This document shows, in pieces, positions 55,161-64,000 of a stretch of DNA of 64,000 nt. The DNA lies in contig OX597814.1 in NCBI GenBank assembly GCA_951406725.2, forward strand, positions 44,268,001-44,332,000, given 5' to 3'. Every line of letters starts with the position of its first letter. Positions within the stretch are counted from its first letter, which is position 1. A program made the translations under genes and the position numbers. The notes under the pieces were generated by a model. It was not told the origin of the DNA and ran no database searches. It was given only the letters and a program-made list of their open reading frames with translations. Source of the DNA: Octopus vulgaris (lineage: Eukaryota).

Positions 55161-56661
55161 CATACATGCATTCATACATACATATTTTTGTAGATGTTTA
55201 TTTGTCTTTAAATATCGATAGCGTATAGATGGAAAATAAAGTGCCTACTTCAAGAAAAAAAAAAAATTTCAAACAGAATATTTGAAGTGGCTGGCGAAAC
55301 ATAAATATTGTTGAAGATAAACATATCTAAAATATGGTGAAAAATATAGTTCAGCTTAAATATAGTTGAATATAGCTATGGTTAGAATATTGCGAAGCTT
55401 GTTAATATTGGGGCATAGATACAATTAGGAACATTAAAATATAATTGTAGTCAAATTAAAATATTGGAAGCGTATTCTACGAGAATATTCTACATAATTA
55501 AATTGATTTTTGAAAAGCCACCTACTCCCCTTTTGTATCCCCATGTACTTCACTCACTTTCCTCACTAATTTATTTATACATCAGATATTTCTTCATAAA
55601 ATTGTCCAATTCTAATTTTATATCATTATGTCTTCAGATGTTGAACAGAATTTCACACTTAAGTTAAAATCGTCCTTTTGTCTTTATATGAATTTTTTTG
55701 TTTCATATCTCTCAGCCTTAATAGTACAATATTTGTAATGCGATTTTCTCACCACACATAGTGTTAGAACAACAACGACGTCTCCTGTTAACTTGAAGTA
55801 AAGAAGTTGATAGTAATTTTGTTTCTTCTACTTCTATTGTTTCTTTGCGTGGTCCAATAAATTGTACTTAATTGAAACAAAATAATTAAAACACATTTCA
55901 GAAAATTTGTCTTGTATAAGTTACATGAATTATGTAAATGGCATACAGTACAGATAAATGCCGAATTACAAGAGTTCAGATTTTCTTTGAAGTTCTTACA
56001 AATTTTCGGAACCGTCACATAGCCATTCTCTGTATTTTTCGTTTAGTTAGCATTCGTGAGAGTAAAAATATCTAACAAGCTTTTTTTTTGTTGCAAATAT
56101 AGTACAGGTACGTACAATTTATTGTGGTAGTAACGTAAAATAAATTAGTTCTGTTTTATTTTACCGCAAAACACTAAATTTATAAAACAACTGAAATAAA
56201 ACTCATTTCTCATCACTTGTCTTACAATATAGCAATTATATTGTCTACTGTTGTGAAACAGGCATTTTTCTCATTTGTTTTCGTGACTGTTATATACAAC
56301 TAATTTATATACTTTTTTGTGGTTCGTACTGCTTTTATTTGTGTTATATATTATATATTGAGTTAACTCCCATTTTAATTATTAGATTCACAATTAATGT
56401 GAAAATACACGTAAACGACAAGAAAATTAGTATATATACATATATATATACACGCTAATATTCACACACAAGCACACCTACACACATTCATATATATATA
56501 GAGAGAGGGGGGGAGAAAGAGACGTACTAATTAACTGAATACATACTGTGACCATTGCTATTCATCTTTTTGTTTATAAATGCGTGACATGGCAACAAGT
56601 GCTACATCATAGAGTAGAATTGAGAAGGCGTAGAACTATCTATGAGATGCAAAGACATGAC

Positions 56662-56790
56662 GTTAAGATATAATGCTGATCGGGCTATTCCGATTGCAGT
56701 GGATATAATGCCGAATGGAACTTTAATGGAACAATGAGGCAATATATATTGGACAGCAACGTCGTTTGAAATCCAAAACATCAGGCAGAT
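56662..56790 (-). pseudogene. CatSper-gamma-like exon remnant
   Basis: ICLMFWISNDVAVQYILPHCSIKVPFGIISTAIGIARSALYLN resembles [29 protein letters not shown]. Pyrimidine tract plus AAG upstream; weak donor. Confidence 0.5.
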
Positions 56791-58989
56791 CTTGGAATAA
56801 ACAATCAAAAAAATAATGTGAAACATAAGGTATATTTCTTTCACAACCATATTTTGGATTTACATCATTCCATTTATGTTTTCAATATTACATTTTGACA
56901 AGTTAGTCAGCAAGGTAACCTCATCGTCAGCACAAAGGATGAAATGCTTAGCGGCATTTCAATCTTATTTATGTTCTGAGTTCAAATTTCGCCGAGGTCA
57001 ACTTTGCCTTTCACTAAATGATTACAAGTTGAACACTGAAGCCAATTTAATCAACTTAGCCTCACAACAACCCCGCTGGCATTCTGCCAAAATTTGAAAC
57101 CAATGTTACATTTTCGCATACACAGCACCTTTGTCGAAATATTAATATCGCAACGTGTATACGCTGTTCCCACTCCAGATGCAAGCTTGTCTTAATGGTT
57201 TAGGTCACTTAATAAATTCCCTGAAGTGTATAGCTTTTCTTCCGTTAACCAATTTCCAAGTTAATAAAGCTGTGTGGCAAAATCAGAAAGTAGTCATTCC
57301 ATAGAGATGCAGGAAACCGAATTCCTCGCAATTTTAAAAGTACTAAAATATTCAACGAATGTATAATTCAGTTTCGACAAGACTATATTCAACTAAAACG
57401 GTTTGGAAATATCATTTAGAGAAACCCACTAGATACTCTGCGTCTGAATATGAAGCTGTGCAACATTTCTCATTATATACATCTTAACCTTGTTATGTCA
57501 TGTGAAAATATAGCAATATATATTTCCAATGATTCTTTTACACCGACGTATTTACACTTAATATTTCTGCATTGAAACAAGTGTAAAGAACGTATCTTAT
57601 ATAAATTCAGTTTTATGTGCACCTTTAATTTGTGATATCAGACGTAATACTGTCATACTACTATAATATAAAGTTTGTAAATGTTAATTTCTCTTTGATA
57701 AACATGTGCCTTTATGCTGTTAACTTTGTTGGTACAACCTCTATTCATTTAATCTAATATTATAAACAAATGGTAATTTTATAATCGTCATTAATGAATA
57801 ACAGAGTTTTCATCTTTGGTTAAAAGAAAATTATTCTAATAAAACCACCAAATCTAACATACAGAAAATTAGTTGTACAGATTATGGTTATAACATAATG
57901 CAGTGAAACTTAACAGCAAGAATATTACTGCAGTTAATCATGTACAGCTCTTCAAATATCTTTGTGGGTGGAAAGATATTTGAGCCATTCCTAAAATCAA
58001 ATATGACTGACTTTGTATTTAGGCTATTTTAAGTTTTGAATACCTAGGTTTGTTGGTAAATTACTTTAAATTACCCATCTACGATGTAAAGGCTTTTTCT
58101 GGCTTTCCCTACTTTCCGCAAAAATCAAGAAATAATACGTCGTTTCTTTCCAATATTGATTTCTATATGCAGCATTTACTTCGTAAAATGCATTGGTCAT
58201 AACCTTTCATGTTCTACTACAGATAGGAAATACTACAGAAAAGCATTCTTGCCGACTGTAGTAAACATTGGGATGAAATTGCATTAAATTAAATCGAGTT
58301 GCTACATCTTTCCTTACGTTACTCGTTACAAGGCAATAATAGTTACATTTATCGGCACACCAAATACGCCCCACGAAATGCTTTACATTTAAGTGTTATG
58401 AAATCTTGACAAATACATTCTACAGCATAAGTAGTTCGTTTTCTTGAATTGTAAATTGTAGGTTTGTAATTTGTTCAACATATTTCTTCGCAGATTTACT
58501 GCTTACTTTTCCTAATGGCATCCGATAAAGACAACAATAATCTAACAAGCGCGTATATGAGCTAAAACCACAGAAACCTCTCGCTTAGGTCACGTATGTA
58601 AATATGTGTCATGTCCCTTGATATAAGCTAATCGATATTTTTGTTAGCAAAGTGAAAGTATTTCTATTAGTTGATTTTACTCAGCGGATAGAAATGTCTA
58701 ATGCAGACATGTTTTAATTGAAATGACTCACATCATTAAAATGTGAATAAATACCCTCATGAAAATAAAACTACATTATTTCCTAGATAATCACATTAGT
58801 GAAGTATTTAACGTTCAAACACAAGAAAACCGAATATTGGTGTTCATAATAATTTGCTTCTGCTGTAGAATTAAGCTCATGAATTCAGTATATACTATTG
58901 TAACGTCCAATCGATACACAATAAAAAATATAAGCTAATAAGGTGTGGACTGAAGAACGGAAACAAGATGATCGGGCGGACATGTTTCA

Positions 58990-59161
58990 AATCATGCAAG
59001 TAGTTATTTTCCGTCGTTAAGTTCATAACGTCATAAGGTATTTGAATATAAAGATATATTGCCTTCCATTCAATCAAATTCTGTGATGTACAGGAGTTAT
59101 GAGTTATAGAAATAACGGTACGTTGCCACATATCCATATAATTTCCGTGAGATATGAATTG
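58990..59161 (-). pseudogene. CatSper-gamma-like segment, N-terminal region
   Basis: QFISHGNYMDMWQRTVISITHNSCTSQNLIEWKAIYLYIQIP resembles recalled [37 protein letters not shown]. Preceded by TAA at 59162-59164; splice sites not evident. Confidence 0.55.
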
Positions 59162-60328
59162 TTACAACACACGTATTCACAAGCCTTTACGTTCAGACTC
59201 AAAAGTATTTTGACTGGGTGTTAAAAAACTTAACCTAAAGTCATATGAAAACTAAAACATAATTACGCATACATATGAAATATATATATATGCATACATA
59301 CACACATATCTACATTCATGGATAACCTTAGGTACATGTGTGTGTTCGTGCGTACATGCGTGCGCATGTATGTGTGTGTGTGTTTAGGTGTACGTGCGTG
59401 TGTATTTATATATACACACGCATTTATCTAACTGTTGGTTGATTACTCAATTTTCATTTTTTGAATTTTCACAGGAACAATGAAAAGATAAAAGCACAAA
59501 ATACAGGCCTTTACTGTATTAGCTTTAAATTCAAAGAGAAGGTTTCAGAAGTGTACTCTTCATCAGAAAGGTAGAAGGAAATAATGCAAAAGATGAGGAA
59601 GATAAACGTAATCAAGACGAAAGTGTAAACAGGTGTGACTGAAACCAACGACATTTTGAAGTGACCTAAAGTGAGAAAGAACATATTTACACGACTCAAC
59701 ACAAGACAAGCTGAAAGCATTGCATGTTAGTTTCTGTGTGTGATATCTAACCTACTGCGGTGGTGTCTGTAGATGTTTCAAAGCTAAGTGTTTATTTTGC
59801 TTATTAAGTTTATTCTTTCGCAATAAGGGGTAACTGAATGTTGTCTGCTCAAACTTGTGTATGAATGATGGATATGTTTCTGATACGAATGTCATTAATA
59901 GACTGTGTATATGAGAGTTCTTTTTTATTCCTACAAATTTGCAATGACTGGGTATGTATGAATGATGAATAAACTCTCATTTATATGTATATGTTAACAT
60001 ACATGTGTTTGTGTATATATACATATATGTACTTGTATTATATATATATATATATATACATAAATTTACTTCAAATATGGGATAAAATTTTCAAAAAAAA
60101 GTTTATCACTGGCCAGTATATCAAAAAGTACCTTTAAAGGCTAAATTTATAGACAACTTATAAACAAGGGCGAAATTCGGTTATAACGGAATTATTTTGA
60201 AATTTCTGTCGGCTTGCTTCGAGACGCGTGCTTATAGTGATGAATTATGTGGTTATTGAGTATTTAAGTCTATTTTCGGCATATTTGGCATTGGAATTTT
60301 GTCTTTTGCCCTTGCTTATAAGTTGTTC

Positions 60329-60422
<94 letters not shown>

Positions 60423-60566
60423 TATAATACATATGTATATTTATTTATATTAAGGGCATTACTATGCATAAATGTCTCACATTAGCAAGTACTCTTAAAG
60501 TCAAAACTACCATAATTGTTCGTCCTGTATGTTGATGGTTTTGTTCATTTTATGTGTCTTGATTAT

Positions 60567-60629
60567 GCATGGACTGACGACTAAAAAGTACATTTTGTGC
60601 ACTAATTATGAAATCATATGATCTGCAGC
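60567..60629 (+). ncRNA. Type I hammerhead motif inside an inverted-repeat cassette
   Basis: GCATGGA-CTGACGA-(stem II)-GAAATCATATGATC-TGCAGC. Palindromic ATCATATGAT stem III; AUC cleavage triplet ending at 60623. Confidence 0.6.
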
Positions 60630-60957
60630 TGAATCTGTTTTAAAAGGCTCGCTTCGAGTTGCATTCCCTCGCGTTGGGTACCATGTGTTCATTATGGTAG
60701 TTTTGACTTTAGAAGTCCCTCCTAGCGTGAGGAATTTATGTCTAGTAAAGCCCTTAATACAAATAAATATATTTAAAGGGAATAATTAATCAATTTTTGC
60801 CTTATGAGGTTTTTCACGATAACTACTTGACGATTTCTTATAAAGATTTTATGCTATTTTTAAATACATATATATATATGTATATATACATATACATATA
60901 TATATAGCATATATACGGACATATATATATGCATATATATATGTACAAGTTATCAGC

Positions 60958-61022
<65 letters not shown>

Positions 61023-61656
61023 ATATATAAAACTGGGTGCAATTGATTAAATAGCAAAAACATATACGTTTATATTGAATACTACATAGGATAAATCTTT
61101 GATATCCTACAACTATGATCGCCTCGAGAAAAGCAATAAGGATCGACTTCAAATGTGAAGGAAAATAATCTAAAGTATCAAGATTTCTCCAAATCTGACA
61201 TTGACCAAACAAGCTGATATTCTGGAGAAAAAAGAACATCTGTGAACAGGTGTTACAAACTCAGTACAAGTTATCAGCACAATATTTACTGTACTTTGCT
61301 TCCAGCAGACACGAAATAATTACAAAGAAACAAAAGAAGTAGAAAATATTTATGATAGGAAATTTGCATACAGAAAATACACAGAGTGATTGATTTGAAA
61401 AACAGAGGTGAATAAATGTTTATTAAATACTATAACAGATCAGAGAAACATCCCCGTATGTTTGGACATATGTATGTATGAATGTATGTGTGTATGCATG
61501 TATATATGTATCTACCTATTTATCTCTCTATCTATATGTGTGTCTGACTAGAAACAAAGGTAAGTGCAATAGAAAAGGAAGGCGGAGGAAAAAAATCGTG
61601 AATGATTCACATGTGGTTACACTTTGAAAAGATGTGTATATATAAATATATATATG

Positions 61657-61721
<65 letters not shown>

Positions 61722-61869
61722 ATCTAGCTAGCTACCTAGATATCTATGTATATATATTCATTATTTAAAATAAGTTTTGTTCTGGTTTCGTGCTATTTCC
61801 AGTTTCGCAGGCTCCTAACGGAGCCGATCTACTTTGAGCTCCGAAATAGCCGAATGAAGAGGTTCTGAA

Positions 61870-62471
61870 AGTTCAAGATGGCTGCCGAAATGTGAACTGT
61901 TCTTCGTTAAGCATGGTCACGGGGTGATACGATGGTAACCGATATCAGTTCCATCGTAAAAGGGACTTACTTTGACCGCGTGGTGGCACATGAAACAGGC
62001 GGCATCAGAGTATCTCTGTGTATGGCATCAGCGCGACCATTCTATGCTTCTCTGCGATCTGAGATTGCACCAGCCAAAGATCAAATCCAGTGACATCTCT
62101 CCAGTCGATCCATTTGACACTACGGATCTTCATAACGCAGACTGGGATGCGATCAATCAGGATCTTTCACAAGTTGATTTGAACTTCGCGCACGTACACA
62201 CCCCTCCAACATAAATACATCATGGCAGATATTTATAGATACTGTGTCAAATATATGCGCAAAACATACTCCATTAGGATCAGTATACAAATCTAAGTGT
62301 AGAATCCCTAGTTCAAGATGGCTGCCGAAATGTGAACTGTTCTTCGTTAAGCATGGTCACGGGGTGATACGATGGTAACCGACATCAGTTCCATCGTAAA
62401 AGGGACTTACTTTGACCGCGTGGTGGCACATGAAACTGGCGTCATCAGAGTATCTCTGTGTATGGCATCAG
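61870..62471. repeat. 162-bp direct repeat (61870-62031 / 62310-62471), 3 mismatches
   Basis: AGTTCAAGATGGCTGCCGAAATG..TATGGCATCAG occurs twice, 440 bp apart. Confidence 0.95.
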
Positions 62472-64000
62472 TAAGATCAGTGCGTATATACGTGCAATTA
62501 TTAGAAGTGCAATTATTAGAAAAAGAAAAAAGAAAAAAGAAAAAAAAGAAAAAGGAAAAAAAGAAAATCAACGCATCCATTCAACTGCCATTGCATCACT
62601 CGAATCGAAAAAACACGATCTCCAAAAAGGCATGATGGCCATCATTAACAGCTGAGGAGAGGCACGCCATTGAGAAAATAAAACTCAATCCCAAAATTTT
62701 CATTACATTAGCAAACAAATCATAAAGACGCTGTTTCCAATGCTGGTTCTCTGGTTGACGAGAACAATACTCTATACGATGATGCAATGTCCACCTGCGA
62801 GATCCCGCAGAGACAATACTGCTCTGTCTTCACTAACCCTAATGTGATTGATCTGGCTAGCATCCGTGATGTAAACTCTTAACTAACCATATCTGACATA
62901 ACTTTCGGTGCTGCTGATATCCTAACAGAAATAGATAAGATCACTCACAACTCGGCAGTAGGTCACGATAAGTTCCCGGCCACTGTCCTGAAGATGTGTT
63001 GACATCAAATTGCAACCTCTCTATCTGAGCTCTGGAGAAACCCACTTCATGCTGGCTACATTCCTGACCATTTTCTCTCCCAGCCTGCATTTCAAGTCTT
63101 CAAAAAGGGAAAAAATCTCTTGCAGTGAACTACCGTCCGATTTCACTCAATTCTCTCATCATTAAATTTTTTGAGAGGGTGGTGAGATAGCGAATAACTC
63201 ACTTCCTCGAAGTTAATAATCTGCTGAACCCCAACCAGAATCGTTTCCGTGATGGCAAGGACTTCCTGTCGCAGCTTGTGCACCATTTTGATGACATCTT
63301 TAAAGTGTTAGGAGAGGGCTCCAGAACTGATGTCATATACCTTGAATTCAGCAAGGCATTTTACAGGGTGGATCACAAACTCCTCCTGAAGAAACTGTCC
63401 AACAATGGAATCCGTGGAGAGCTGCTGCAGTGGATAATGTGCTTCCTGACGAACAGGACCAACATGCTTTTTTGAGGGAATACGATCCAGCTCAGCCAAA
63501 GTCAGTAGTGGTGTCTCACAAGGTACTGTGTTGAGCCCAGACCTCTTCATTATTTACATCAATATCATAGATGTCATCAAACATTCTACATTGAAAATCT
63601 TTGCAGACGATTCCAAACTCCAGAAGCCATAAACGGCTTCAGTTAGATCTGTTTGCTATTATCCAATGGGCGGAGAAAACAATATACTTTTAAATGAAGA
63701 TCAGTTTGATTTGATACACTATGCGATAGTGTCATGCAACAACACCATAGATCTTGGAGTAATTGTTGATAGCAATCTAAGCTGGAGTCTCCACGTAGAC
63801 GGCAAGGCTGACTTGGCCCGCATGATGTGCTCCTGCTATCTGAGAACTTTCCGGTCTAGAGATGCCTACACGATCATCCTTCGCTACTCTAATTTTGCCC
63901 TAGCCCACCTTGAGTACTGTTGCTCACTGTGGGCCCCCATACGACGCAACTCATTATGAAAGTAGAAGCACTCCAGAGATCAATGCCAAGAAAGATAAGC
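62032..64000 (+). mobile_element. Degenerate CR1/L2-group LINE ORF2, running off the window
   Basis: DHSML (APE end), NADWDAI, NYRPISL, DVIYLEFSKAF, SGVSQGTVL, FADDSKL, HLEYCCSLWAP; multiple stops and frameshifts. Confidence 0.9.

Noticed and set aside
59527-59575. Minus-strand CTGATGA-AGAG/TTCT-GAAA
   Set aside because: Core and stem II are present but stems I and III do not pair; counted only as an eroded motif.

Overview
AT-rich, microsatellite-dense animal DNA. The SINE families and repeat landscape point to an octopus/cephalopod genome (inference). Most ORFs in the supplied track are microsatellite artefacts. Transposons found: CR1/L2-group LINEs at both ends (the left one nearly intact), R4/Dong-type and Tx1/L1-type LINE relics, a Tc1 element, a mariner/Tc1 fragment, two non-autonomous Helitron-like elements and many tRNA-derived SINEs. 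Penelope-type direct- and inverted-repeat cassettes also occur, several carrying hammerhead ribozyme cores. Between the repeats, about 18 short minus-strand segments from ~59.2 kb down to ~9.4 kb translate into peptides that follow, in order, my recollection of the vertebrate CatSper-gamma (CATSPERG) sequence. Some keep clean splice sites and phases; others carry stops and frameshifts. The best reading is a roughly 50-kb decaying CatSper-gamma-like gene in a mollusc. No alignments or searches could be run; all homology calls are by eye.
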